A stretch of 63,947 nt of DNA, the filler included, from Rhabdomonas costata (Eukaryota), in the NCBI GenBank assembly GCA_019059605.1. It is 44 parts of 44 records of this genome, joined end to end, with 100 filler letters (N's around TTAATTAATTAA, not from the genome) between each part and the next. Parts side by side here need not be neighbours in the genome. Positions count along the whole stretch, not along the records: positions 50,941 to 52,295 come from JAHMHO010018395.1; positions 52,396 to 53,748 come from JAHMHO010018396.1; positions 53,849 to 55,218 come from JAHMHO010018397.1; positions 55,319 to 56,673 come from JAHMHO010018398.1; positions 56,774 to 58,128 come from JAHMHO010018399.1; positions 58,229 to 59,583 come from JAHMHO010018400.1; positions 59,684 to 61,037 come from JAHMHO010018401.1; positions 61,138 to 62,492 come from JAHMHO010018402.1; 36 more parts are not named here. One strand, 5' to 3'. This document shows, one piece after another, positions 51,258 through 63,338 of this stretch (positions within the stretch are counted from its first letter, which is position 1; every line of letters starts with the position of its first letter). Both the position numbers and the translations under genes were made by a program. A model generated the notes under the pieces. The model saw only the letters and a program-made list of their open reading frames with translations, did not search any database and was not told the origin of the DNA.

Positions 51258-53062
51258 GCATGTCCCCTCTGCAGTTCTTCCTTTCTCTGTCCCTCCTTCC
51301 GTTTCCCTCCCACTTTCCTTCTTTCTGTCTGCATGGTTGTATTGGTGATAGGCTGATAATAGGCAGGCGTTTTTTGAAGCGTGAAAAAACCTGGCCTCCC
51401 GAAAACGTAAATAAATGCAACAAAAATTTCAGAATGAACATGAGGTGTACAGCAGCAGAGAGCTAAAAAAAACCAAGCAACAGGAGACCAAATCACGAGC
51501 GAATGAACAAGATGTAGATGCGATTAAAATCAGGGTTTTTTCATTTTTTTAGGAGCGCCCGAATCCAAAGGAACGTATGTGATGCATGATGTAATTGTCG
51601 TCGAATTCAGCGCTTCGATGGTAAGGTCCAGTGATGCTCCTCCACCATTTCAGTGTGCATTTACAGAAAGAAAGACCCTCGTTAACTGCACTGTCGCGCA
51701 GGCGCGAGATTTTTTCTTAAATTTCATTTGTCTGATATCACTCACTGTGTGCCAGATATTTGACCTGGGCTTGTTACAAGGGTAGTTTTTGCAATTTCTT
51801 GCGCATGAAACATTCGAAAAAACACATGATAGGGTAGTTCTCAGTTTACCGTGTAACGTACTTTATAAAAAAGCTGTAAAACCAAACCTTTGGTCTCGCG
51901 CCAGCTAGCGCGCAGTATGAAACGCGCCTTCGCGCACCTGCCCGCTTTCTTCGCCTATTCCTACACTACTACCTGCGCATCCCCAGTTCACCCCCTTCCA
52001 ACGTCCCTACTTTTTCGTGTGCGTTTCTTTCTCTCATTCTTTGAGGATCTCTGATATGTGGTCTCTGTCTTTCCGCCGCCCACGTCTCTTTGTTCTGATT
52101 ATTGCGTGCGGAAACATATACCATTCTGCGCACCCCACGAGTTTCCTCCGAGTTTTCACCACCAGCGTAGCTGTACAGTTCTTTCTCTTATCGCTGTTCT
52201 GGGGGGTTCTACCTGGTGGGCCTATCTAGCCTTCAGCCGGCCTCTGGAACCTCAGCAATCGTCGGGGGCCTCCAATGGGGGTAGGACCACAAACANNNNN
52301 NNNNNNNNNNNNNNNNNNNNNNNNNNNNNNNNNNNNNNNTTAATTAATTAANNNNNNNNNNNNNNNNNNNNNNNNNNNNNNNNNNNNNNNNNNNNTCCTG
52401 ACGAGGGACAAGGAGAGGGGGGGGTTCACTTTCCCGGAAAGGTCAAAGGTGACGACAAAGAGACTATGACTTAACCGCAAAGGAGAGAAGAGAGAGAAAC
52501 CACGACCAGGTTTTCGCTTCTACGGCGACGGCGATTTTCCAACACAACCTTTTGAAAGGGCGGGAGGTGGACCAGGCCCCCGGGAAAATGCGGGAGGGGA
52601 CGGGATGGGGAGAGTCACAGAGTCGCGGTCAGAGAAGGGATGGTTCCAAGGACGGGTGGGCAATCCAGGAGAAGTCGAAGGGATCCCAATCCGCCAAAAA
52701 ACAACTTGACCTATCCCTTGATTTCGGGCCCCCTTCGGACGAGCACATTCCTTGGGGAAACGAGTGCACCAGTGTGTGTGTGTCTGTGAGAGGGGGAGTT
52801 GAAAAGGCAAGAAAAGGGCTTGGTCATGCCCTCACGGGTACGGCCAGGAAAGCGCGCGCACGACATGGAGACCGCCGCACACATTTACACTCACCACACA
52901 AACAACGCATCTTGACACACAAACCCGAGTTCTGCAAGAAGGAGAAAGCCAACTTGCTAAAGAAAAGGAAAAGCGCACCGAAGAAGCAAAAGAAAATCGA
53001 GCTGCCCACGCCTACTCCATCTTTTTCCGGTCCTTCTTTGGTCTGTTCACGGAATCTTTTGG

Positions 53063-53647
53063 TTAGCCCTTGGGGGAGTGGTACCCCCCACCGCGGAGCC
53101 CCATGAACTGCAGGAAGTACTCCGAGCCCTTCCACTTGGCCCCGCACTGGGTGCATAGAAAGCAGTTCAGGCCCTGTGGTGTTGGAAAAAGACCTGCGAA
53201 GTGAGTGTGCGAAGGAGTGCGATGCGAAAGAGAAAAGAGCACAGACGAGCCCCCGCACATGAGCTCAAAACAGGGACCCCGGAAGTCTGGCGCGGGGAGA
53301 TTGCAATTCTCCCACAAACGCTCATCCATATATTCTCTCAACGGACGCAGGTGGTGTCGTGAGGATGACTTTGGGGAGAGGAACGAGAGGAGAGATACAG
53401 CAACCAACAATGCCAACGGTGAGCGGGCTCGTCCTTTGCCAGCTGCGATTACAGCGTGTACCTTTGGCACAGCTGCCTTCGCAAAGGCAATCACCAGCGA
53501 GCAACATCTGTGAAGGTCTAGGGCCAAGAAGCAAGGCAAGGCAGGAATGGAAAGCCCGAAAACGGGGCGGAAAACAGACGACCTTCTTGGAACGAAGACG
53601 CCTCCACCGGTTGTTATGCGGGCATGGCCAGGCCTCATCCTCCACGG
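53063..53647 (-). CDS. Protein ending in a small CxH..W..R.KKG...CxxC...W putative zinc-binding domain; exons 53647-53583 and 53173-53063
   Basis: Phase-0 splice yields EAWPCPHNNRWRRLRSKK-GLNCFLCTQCGAKWKGSEYF...stop. Confidence 0.7.
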   Translation of the reverse strand, partial: PWRMRPGHARITTGGGVFVPRRSSVFRPVFGLSIPALPCFLALDLHRCCSLVIAFAKAAVPKVHAVIAAGKGRARSPLALLVAVSLLSFLSPKSSSRHHLRPLREYMDERLWENCNLPAPDFRGPCFELMCGGSSVLFSLSHRTPSHTHFAGLFPTPQGLNCFLCTQCGAKWKGSEYFLQFMGLRGGGYHSPKG

Positions 53648-54354
53648 CTGCACTCACTTGCCCAGGCGGCAACCTCAGCTTCGCGGAAAGCGACGGAGGC
53701 GAAGGGTGCGGCGATGGGCGCAGAAAGGGAAGGGGACCCCACCACAACNNNNNNNNNNNNNNNNNNNNNNNNNNNNNNNNNNNNNNNNNNNNTTAATTAA
53801 TTAANNNNNNNNNNNNNNNNNNNNNNNNNNNNNNNNNNNNNNNNNNNNTTTTTTTTGTTTTCATTCTGTCATTTTGAGTGGTGCGGAAAATGACAGAATG
53901 AAAACAAGAAAGAGCATATGCGGTGGCAAGAAACCAGGCCGTAAAGGAGTAAACAGAAAAAGGAGAGTAAAGGAAGGAGGGAAAGGTGAAGGAAGGAAAA
54001 AAACGAAAAGTGGAACGAGCGAGCGAGCGAAGGAACGAGAGCTTAATGCGAAGGGCAATTTGTTGGCGTCTGATTCCTTACCCTCAAGCGGTGGAGTCTT
54101 TTGAAAGTTGAATTCGAAGACGGTGAAGTTTGCTGTGAGAGAGCCGCATCGCTTTCTTTGTATACTTTCTGCTGGGCAAGAGAGACGAAGGATGGGTGGG
54201 CGACAATGACTGAGACTGGCTGGTGGTGAAGTGGCATCTGGAGCAGTTGCCTTCTCTTTTATCTATCGTTCTCCTTCCTATCTGGTCAGACGTTTTATGG
54301 GGGGTGTTTTGTCCATATAGCCCCCCCGCCCTGCTCCTCGCATACAAAGACACG

Positions 54355-54534
54355 ATGTCGGCCGAGGCCCTTGCCGCGGCTGAAGCCATGGACCAGAAGC
54401 AGAGCGCTGGGGAACACACCCGGATTGTGTTTGGCACCCTGGACTCCAAGGCCGGGGAGATCGTCAACCAGCCGGACTCTACGCCCACCATGGCTCAGCT
54501 AGACACCCTGGAGCTCACCAAAGAGAGCCTGGAG
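54355..54534 (+). CDS. First coding exon, possibly the U4/U6 snRNP protein Prp4 (PRPF4) N-terminus
   Basis: ATG, high GC3, GT donor; RIVFGTLD and TLELTKESLE loosely resemble PRPF4 HIYYGSLE and EISEES. Confidence 0.4.
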
Positions 54535-55036
54535 GTGCTCGTATTGCTTTAATCCCTCCTTTTTTTCCCGGCCTGCTACGCAGCGCCCTGTCTTGCACAC
54601 GCGTGTGGCGTTTGATGAGTGGCTATGTCTTTGTGCAAAGCCGTCAGTACAGTCTATTAAACTAAATCTCAACAAGTGGTTCACAGGGGTGAATTGTGCG
54701 TGTGCCGCTGCAGGATGGGCGGTTCTTGTACTTCTTCCCTGCATTCTGTGGTGGGAGTGGAGTGGGCGTGCCAAAAGCCTGTACCACACGCAGACAAGGA
54801 TTTCTCGCCATAGTGGGCGCCGGTTGGGGAAGACACAGAGTTTCTTTCTCGCGTTTTTGTGCATATTTAAGTCTGGGACACGTGGGGCAGGCGGAGGGTT
54901 TTGGCCTGTTGTCTGGTGAGCCGGCACCCCGTGTCTAACAACAGAGCTATAGGACCCTCTGTGCGAGCACCCAAGCTGCGCGTGTCTTACGTTAGGGGCA
55001 GCTTTTCTTTCCATCATCGCTCTCCTTCACGTGTAT

Positions 55037-55037
<1 letters not shown>

Positions 55038-55079
<42 letters not shown>
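55038..55079 (+). repeat. (GT)21 microsatellite
   Basis: Direct reading. Confidence 0.98.
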
Positions 55080-55080
<1 letters not shown>

Positions 55081-55944
55081 GCACAAACGTGCTCAAACAG
55101 ACAGTGCTGTCCCTAAGTCAAAGAAGAAACGTTTCCCCCCAGTGCGTGAACGCGTACGATGCTGCCAGCCAAATTTTGCACAGGTTTGCGACCCAAACAC
55201 CCCAAACACACCCACCACNNNNNNNNNNNNNNNNNNNNNNNNNNNNNNNNNNNNNNNNNNNNTTAATTAATTAANNNNNNNNNNNNNNNNNNNNNNNNNN
55301 NNNNNNNNNNNNNNNNNNGGTGTTTGTGGGACATAAAGTGCAAACAAAAGGGCTCGACAAGCCTATGTTTTCAAAATACATTTCTTTTTGTTCAATGTCA
55401 TCAAAATTCAAATCGAGTGGCTCTACATTCCCTTCGGACATACGTATATGTATTTCATAACCCGAATGTCATTGCAGAACCGACGTTCGCGGTAAATTTT
55501 TAATACAAAGCGACCTGTATTCGAAAAGACACCATGTGGGAAACTTCACACTCCCAGTCTACCCCTGTTGCTCATACAGTCAGGTCAAAAGTCTTCCCGT
55601 CCAACTCAGGTCGAAATAGGAGAGAGAGAGAGAGTGTGTGTGTGTAAGTGAGGTGAAAGGGGTGAACTCTGAATTCAGCTGATTGATCTGATGCTTTACT
55701 GGAGTGACTGGAGTTTCGACCCTGGAGGAGTGGTTGGGTCGTCATCAGCAAGACATCATCTCCGTCTGCCTTGGACGCTCTTCGTCAGGTTCTTTTCGCC
55801 TGTGGACGAACTTTCGTGAGATGTATCTGCAGTTGAGGTGGGGTTATATGTGAGAGGACAAGAGAGAGAGCATTTTCTTGTGAGACGGAGCACAGAACGC
55901 GTTATAGCGCAAGAGAGGCGGTGGTGGCACAGACGGGCGCGCAC

Positions 55945-56137
55945 TGGCATGCATGTGTGGCGCGCTGATGGTGACGCTGTGGCCGATGGATTGTGGAGAG
56001 TCCACGTAGGCGTTGGCCACGCCGCTCTCCGGCAGGTAGTGGGCACGGTCCACCGCGCGCATCGCGCGTTCCACCTCCGGGAACGAGAGCTTCCCGCTGT
56101 GGCGGAGGTAACTCACCAACTGAGCATTGCTGCGCAT
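55945..56137 (-). CDS. PCMT1: Protein-L-isoaspartate O-methyltransferase, first exon
   Basis: MRSNAQLVSYL...VERAMRAVDRAHYLP...AYVDSPQSIGHSVTISAPHMHA; GTGCGC donor. Confidence 0.93.
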
Positions 56138-56773
56138 TGCCTTAACGACCCAAAAGGGCATCCAAAAAGTACTGCAGGAGGGGCAAGAACGTGCAACATC
56201 AACGCCAAGGGCTGAGGAGCTTGACATAGATTGCCCCATAATTGCCCCAATGGATGCTGGGGTATTACAAGAGAATATATGTGAGACAAGAAGGAGGCTT
56301 GGTCAGGGATCCAGAGAATGGTTCCCAGTTCCCAGCATTGCCAAAACCGTGAAAGACAGCTCCGGATAACCGCCGAACACTGCCCTAACTCATGTCAACC
56401 CCAACGCCAATGCAGGGCTTTACTGATGGCTTTTCATAAAAACTCCCGCAGAGAAGACCTAAGAACAGTTAAACCAGCAGCCACGTTCCAAGTGGTCAGT
56501 GGTTTCTCTCAGGCGTGGTGTGTGCGTTCATTCACTCGCACCGCACCTCAGTGGTGTCGCACACAAAAAGGCCAAGTGACAGCGAAACCCCACGAAACAT
56601 TTGTAAGCTGTAGCGTACTCTGAAGCCGCCAACGTCAGTGGCGATCTAATTCACCGTCCTCATCCCCCCCACCNNNNNNNNNNNNNNNNNNNNNNNNNNN
56701 NNNNNNNNNNNNNNNNNTTAATTAATTAANNNNNNNNNNNNNNNNNNNNNNNNNNNNNNNNNNNNNNNNNNNN

Positions 56774-56811
56774 TGTGTGTGTGCGCGCGCGCGCGCACAC
56801 ACACACACACA
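56774..56811. repeat. Self-complementary (TG)n(CG)n(CA)n compound microsatellite
   Basis: TGTGTGTGTGCGCGCGCGCGCGCACACACACACACACA. Confidence 0.95.
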
Positions 56812-57710
56812 GATTCCTTTAGACGCACTGCACCTGTCAGCTGTGCGAAAGAAGCAACATCTAACATCTGCGCCGCGGCAACTCTCGTTCACGTATTTAC
56901 TGCTTTTACACTGGGTGATTCTCTTTCTTTCACTAAAAAAGAGGTGAGCACGTGAAAGCTCACTGGGACTTTCCTTGGACAAAAGAGCACTGCTTGTTGA
57001 TTTCTGGTGTTTTTCTTTTGGTTCTGGGTTGGACCTGAAGATGTGATTTGTCCGCAGTTAATTCTTTGTACACGTATTGCTTGTTGTGGCCAAGAACATT
57101 CTATTAAATAATTTGATGGGAACATCTCCCGAACGTGTGGTGTGGGTGGAGGCTGCTGACATCAATCACTTCATGGTGGACGGTGGTTTGCTGGCTGATT
57201 TCAAACTCTCCATTTAAGCAGCGTTTCGGAACGAGCACATTCGTTAATTAATTGCCTCCTTTTGACTCCAATCACTTGGTCTGCATTGAACTTCGGAACG
57301 AAAGCGCAAGTGTTACCGCCACCATTTGTGGAATGGGCTGTTCTTCCGCTCACCTTCACCATTTCTGCAGGCTTTCCTTTCTGCACTTGACACAAAGTTG
57401 CTGCTTTTTTTTCAAACTTTTTTTTGTTGGAGTGAAACCGGGCTTACTGCTGTGAGTGCAGACACACAATGAGCAAGACCCCTGACGAGTTGTCTTTGAG
57501 TGGATCCCTTGGTGTTAATGTTCAAGTCGTTGTACGATGCAGGTCCCCACTCATTTCCTCGATTTTTCTTCCTTCGAGCTTTGTTGGGTTTTTCCTTTTC
57601 TTTGTTCTTGTGCTTTTGATTTCGGACTAACCTGTAATAATTACTATGATAATGATTCTCCGATAGTTTTGCCACCCTGTTGTGTGCATTATAACATGCG
57701 CACATTTCAG

Positions 57711-58050
57711 GCCACCAACGGAAAAGGAGCAAGCGCTGCCCCTACCCGTCTCCGCGAAATCCCGAACCGAGGTGAGCATCAGTATGAAGTCTGGGCAGCA
57801 GCAAGTACCCTCTGAAAGAATCTTCAAGTTTGACTCGGTATGTGTGCGGTGTGGGGCACAGCCAGGGTGGTGCCGGAGGGAGGCCCCCCCCGAACGCCGG
57901 AAGGGAGCGGGGCTGTCATGTGTGCAAGTGCCCGAGTCGTTATTGTGTTCTCAGGTTTTCGGGCCAACAACTTCCCAGGATGCTCTGTACCGCAGCCTGA
58001 TCCGTCCCATTGTCGGAGAAGTACTTTCCGGCTACAGCTGTACTGTGTTC
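57711..58050 (+). CDS. Kinesin motor domain N-terminus, kinesin-5 (BimC/Eg5)-like; exons 57711-57837 and 57955-58050
   Basis: RPPTEKE...RIFKFDS-VFGPTTSQDALYRSLIRPIVGEVLSGYSCTVF. Confidence 0.85.
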
Positions 58051-59382
58051 GTATGTCTTTTCCTTGCTGCTGTCCTTTCAGCCCTTCAGCGTTTTGCTGC
58101 TAGTTGCTGCTCATGCCAAACCCCACAANNNNNNNNNNNNNNNNNNNNNNNNNNNNNNNNNNNNNNNNNNNNTTAATTAATTAANNNNNNNNNNNNNNNN
58201 NNNNNNNNNNNNNNNNNNNNNNNNNNNNGGTGGGTGTTATCACCCCACACCCATCTGGCTGTGTGACTGTAGGTTTGCGTGGTAGCTTTGTGTTAAATAG
58301 GGATTTTTGTTTCCCTTGGGAGTCGAACCTCTGTGTTGTGTTGTGTCTGCTCTTCCCGTCTCTGCTTTTGACTCTTTGGAAGAACGCTGTGCTGCGTTTC
58401 GGTAGGTTTTTGGGGGTTTTTCCTGTACATGTATTCTGTGTAGACGTCAGTTCTTCACAGCCAGTATTTCCGTGTAGCACACTGTGCCCTGGCTACTTCT
58501 CTAAGAGGCCGTCGGTGGTCCTTGTGCAAGCCCTCCAAAATTGCGTCGCAGAGTACTGGCAGGATTTCTGCCTATGTGTATGTATGTGATGGTACCTGCG
58601 GACCGTACTACCGGTACTTTTAGCGGCTGAGCACGCTATTAGATGTGTGCTTTTGCTGCACCCCCTCCCCTCCCACTCCCACTCTCCTGCAGTTTAGAAT
58701 GTGTGTGGACTTTCCATTCACGCATTTCCCATCTTTGCCCACGGTGGTCTTCTCCTCCCTTGAGGTGCTGGACAAATCTTGGGAACAATCTCTGCGTCAT
58801 GTGTGTCTGTGTGCCCTCCCTGCGCCTTCGTCACATCTGTGGCGGATGCGAGCGGGAAAGACTCAATGCTTCTCTGAGGAAAGTCTTTGTGTTGTACGTT
58901 TTAGCTCTGCTACAGAGCGGGATGGGCGCGTTTCCCGGATAATACTGCTATAATGGCCTCCTCTGAATCCCACTGTGAAACGTATTCAGTAGTGTGTTGA
59001 TAGCAGGAACTATATTACGTCCTTTTCGGAAGAGCAGGGTCGAAAAGGACGAACGTAGGGCGGTATGAGTCGAACTAAAGACGTGTGGTGAAGAGCGAAG
59101 CAAGGCGAATAGCAACAGACAGTTATTGCAGAACGTTGCAGAACCGTTGCAGAACCGGCATCAGCGTCAGCAATAGCGGGAGCAGCAGCGGAAGCGAAAG
59201 TGATGCGGGATTGATGTGTAACTGCGAAAAACAGAGCAGTGGGGTGACGATGCCATGAGCCCCCCCCCAGTTAAAGTACGGGCCTCACTAGATGCGACTT
59301 TGTGGTGCGGTTTGCACTGAGCTGGTGTTTGTACTCAATTTGTCATCGATTTTGCTTTCAGGCTCTTCTTCCTGTGCAGACA

Positions 59383-59583
59383 ATGTACGCGTGCTACGAG
59401 GACTTCTATCCCTCTTATGAATGGACGTACGTGGACCGGATTTATCCCTCACGTTTTGTGCGCCCGCGATACGCCACAGCGTGGACCACTACTCGCCCCC
59501 GGGCGTACTTCTCGTCTTGGCTCCCCTCCGCTCGCATTTTGACCCCGAGAGTGAGCGAAGCCACCACTGCCGCCACCACCACA
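59383..59583 (+). CDS. N-terminus of a Tyr/Arg/Pro/Thr-rich low-complexity protein
   Basis: ATG downstream of pyrimidine-rich AG sites; MYACYEDFYPSYEWTYVDRIYPSRFVRPRY..., open to contig end. Confidence 0.45.
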
Positions 59584-60881
59584 NNNNNNNNNNNNNNNNN
59601 NNNNNNNNNNNNNNNNNNNNNNNNNNNTTAATTAATTAANNNNNNNNNNNNNNNNNNNNNNNNNNNNNNNNNNNNNNNNNNNNTGGGTTTGGGGGGTTTG
59701 TGGGTGCCTGTGTTGTATCAGGGCGAATGAGTCCCCATTAATTGGTGACATGAGCTGCAACGCGAGTCCCCACTACCGGACATATCCCTTGGGAGCAGAC
59801 CTGGTGTGTGTGTCTGATTTGCGGAATCCGTTTGAGTACTGCAGAATGAAGAAATGCAGGTGAACGTTTACCAGATCCGAACCTAACCCCGCTGAAGCAC
59901 ATGATTTGGTGCCCCTTGGCTGCATGGCCCGCATGTTACGTATCATCGCACACGATGTCGCATACAATGTACTTTATCTGCAAACGATGTCGACTGGTTT
60001 ATGTGCGCGCGATTTTGTTTCAAGACACGCACATGGAACGTCATTACCATTACCTCTGACTTTATGTTTGCTTGCTGGCCTGCGGACCCCAGAAGAGGGG
60101 AAGAGGATCACCTGAGCCAGAAAAGGCAGACTAGGAGAACGCAGAAGATCGGAGCTCTTCAATATCGACGCTATGAACCGTTGAGGTTTTCGACGTACCT
60201 ATGGCCAGCAGCGGAGGGTGATCCGCACCCCGAGAACGGGCCAACCAGCGGTAGAAAATTCGAAAGCCCAGGCAAGAAGACCTCCACAACAGAAGCAGCA
60301 ACATTGAAGGCCTCATGCAAGCACAGTGCATATGGTGACCTGCCGGGTTTTTATTTTGGTTCCGTGCATGTGTGTCTGTGCAGGATGCTGTGGTACGCGT
60401 CTTCCCGGCATTCTCTCAGGTGAGCATTGCTCTAGCAATCTCTTTTTTGGAAGGTCAGTCTGGGTTAGAGTTATGTCATGGCTTTCCTTTCCTGACAGCG
60501 TGATAGGACCCACTTTCCACGGGATTGATAGCCCACCATGCTCCATTTCTCTCTAAACTCTGGTTCAAATCCAGGAAGTGACCCGATACCTCTACTCTAC
60601 TTCGGAGCTTTGGGTGAAACGAGGGTGTCATCAACAGCTGCGGTTGGTGTGCTTCAGACCTCCTGCCTACTCGGCTTTTCTCCCTTGTCACCTTGTCAGA
60701 CTGTTACTGCGAGTTTTAGTGGCGAGGTCGGTTGGTCCACAGAGGCCCACGACATTTCTGACACCGTCATTGGTGGAAGAGCAATGATCCACAAATATCC
60801 CGGTGCCAGCTCGACGCCAGTGAGGGTGTCAGTAATATCTCTCCCCGTTCTGGATCTCTCTGTCCGTCTGCCTCCTTTCAG

Positions 60882-61034
60882 GTGGGGCTGGCGGTGTGGG
60901 AGGCCGGACTGGCGCTGGTGGAGCACATTCTGAGCTGCGGGGAGAGCTTCTCGGGGCAGCGCGTGGTGGAGCTGGGCGCCGGGGTGGGCCTGGGCGGGGT
61001 GGTGCTGCGGCGGTGCACCCGTGCCCAGGCCGGG
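60882..61034 (+). CDS. Seven-beta-strand lysine methyltransferase (Methyltransf_16; EEF2KMT/FAM86-like) exon
   Basis: VGLAVWEAGLALVEHIL...FSGQRVVELGAGVGLGG (motif I). Confidence 0.88.
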
Positions 61035-62592
61035 GTANNNNNNNNNNNNNNNNNNNNNNNNNNNNNNNNNNNNNNNNNNNNTTAATTAATTAANNNNNNN
61101 NNNNNNNNNNNNNNNNNNNNNNNNNNNNNNNNNNNNNGGTTGGGGTGGGAACACGAAGCGGAGAGGCAAAAAAGTGTGAGTTTTGCCGATCATCGACGCA
61201 CGGGCACGGGCACTCACTTGCCAGCCCAAATCCTTGCATAGACTCAGGTGGCGATGCAATCCTTGCATGGACGCAGGTGTCTTTTGGGAGTGGAATGACA
61301 TTTTGCCCAGAGCCAGGCGATGCACAGAGGCCAGCAACTTGCTCGGGTTGGGAGCTGTCAGACTTGTATCAGACCTGTTTGTGTTTGGCCTTTAATGAGC
61401 AGTACTAATGACGACACTTGGAGACATTTGGAGGCATTAAAGCGACGTTTAGTGACGTTTGGACCGACCTTAAGACCTTTTTCTTACCGTCTAAAGGTGG
61501 ACAAATTTGCAGTGGTTTTAAAACGACTATATTTTGCAGCGTATTTTATAAGAAGAGGTGAAGAGGTTTGCGAAGGTTGACGGCTAAAGTTGAGCTTTGC
61601 ACGGCTGGCGTTTGGAGTTCCGAGCAGTTAGTGCTGTTGGGTTCTAATTTTCAAGCTCTCTGCGAGTCACCACTTCCTCGACCTTGCCAAAGGGGGGCTG
61701 GGACAGCCTCAACAGAAGGCAAAAACACGACTGGACACAAACCAGAGAGTTCCACATTGTCACCAAGGCAAAATCAGCGCACACAGGAGGGTGAACCTTT
61801 CCAGGAAAAGAACACCCACGGCACTCGCAACAGGTTCCAGCAGGTTCTCATTGTAACCCTCGCCGTTCCACCGCCGCGCAACCGCAGGCTCAGAAAGGGG
61901 GTCCCACAGACAAAAGGAAGCCCTTTCAGCCGTAGCCCGCCTCACTCAAGCGCTGCAGCAGTTTTCCATCGTCGTGAAGCTCCTGGACCTGCTCATAGGT
62001 CCCCACGAAGGTCTCGCCGACAAAGACCAGCGGAAGCAGATCCGTACCCGAAGATTTCGACAGCTGCAAACCGAACGGACCTTTCACAGCCACTACACTG
62101 CGCTGGTTTCACGGGTAGTGAATTAGAAGTGATAACTGCTTGGTTCTCACGGTCAAAAGCGCTCGCTACGCAACCACCGAAACGATAGCGAAGCCCCCCG
62201 CACACACTCAGTATGTGCACCGCCCCCTAACCCGTTCCTCGCCTTCTGCTGAAATTTCGCTCTGCAAATGGCTGTCAGGTGCTTTGGACGGGGACAGCTC
62301 GACCGCGCCACGGCGGCCTTTGGGTGAAACTATAGCTTATCCCAGCCGTTCCGTGAGAAAGGAACGCTGCACGGGGGCGAATAACATCGCCACGCAAAAA
62401 TGGACCCCGGTGGTGGTGTTCAATGCACAAGTTGCAGCAATTACCCAAACCCGAATTCTATTTGTAGGCGTGGAACGGGTTAGGGGGCGGTGNNNNNNNN
62501 NNNNNNNNNNNNNNNNNNNNNNNNNNNNNNNNNNNNTTAATTAATTAANNNNNNNNNNNNNNNNNNNNNNNNNNNNNNNNNNNNNNNNNNNN

Positions 62593-62950
62593 GTAACCCC
62601 ACCTGGTACCCTCTTGAGCCCAAAGGTGGTGGTTATGCCGATACAGTCGCCAGGTGGGGTACGACGTACGGAGGACCCCATGGTGAGAGGGAGACGTGAG
62701 CCGACCAGTAAAGGGGTAACGACCACTACCTACTCCGTGGATGCCTTGGGTACCCCTTGACAATCACTACGTGACATACTACGGGGTGACCTACGCTGCG
62801 CTGCGGCCACCCCTACGTAAGACCACCGGATGAGGGAGCGTAGCGACCCACCATCCTACTATGGAGTGCCCACTGCGTGACCACCCCTACGTACCCTGAT
62901 GATGTGAAGATGATGATACCAGGGTGGGTCAGGAGGGTACCAGGGTGGTT
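62593..62950. mobile_element. Putative non-autonomous element (MITE/Helentron-like) rich in internal inverted repeats
   Basis: IR 62602-62613 / 62933-62944; IR 62596-62606 / 62650-62660; DR 62807-62819 / 62881-62893; GA-GC-GTA-GC-GA hairpin at 62834-62848. Confidence 0.4.
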
Positions 62951-63154
62951 GTTCAGCTCAGTTTCATCGAGGCACTCGTTATCCAATCTTCCTCAAAAGG
63001 ATCTCCGCATATTTTCAACGAACATCTGGCTACTGGACCGATTTGGACCTTTTGCTTGGTGTGGTGGTTCAGAAATGTAACTCTTCCTGGCGTGCACACA
63101 CACACACATCACTCACTCACTCACTCACTCACTCACACATACGCACTCCTGACA

Positions 63155-63338
63155 GACCGCTCGGACGGCTGTTCCTGCGGGGGTCTTTACCCCAACTCCG
63201 GGCATGCCCTTCATCCCGCTCTCTGCGGGAATGAATCCCGCCATGTTCGCGGCAACCTTCACGCCCTCCTCCTCCGCTCCAGCACCTCAGGATTTTCCGC
63301 GGCAGTCAGCCGGCTACCGCAACAAGGGCTCGTACTCG
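63155..63338 (+). CDS. Pro/Ala-rich internal exon following a (CA)n(TCAC)n microsatellite
   Basis: CCTGACAG acceptor; TARTAVPAGVFTPTPGMPF...NKGSYS|GTGTGT. Confidence 0.5.

Noticed and set aside
60560-60580. T-arm-like CTGG-TTCAAAT-CCAG as a tRNA
   Set aside because: No D-arm, anticodon stem or acceptor stem can be formed upstream
1357-62592. Regularly spaced TTAATTAATTAA repeat with unique spacers (CRISPR-like or array-like periodicity)
   Set aside because: Artificial six-frame-stop linker embedded in Ns; the periodicity reflects length-sorted contigs
62896-62925. CTGATGA as a hammerhead ribozyme core (also near 3387 and 39774)
   Set aside because: No stem II followed by GAAA with compatible stems I and III
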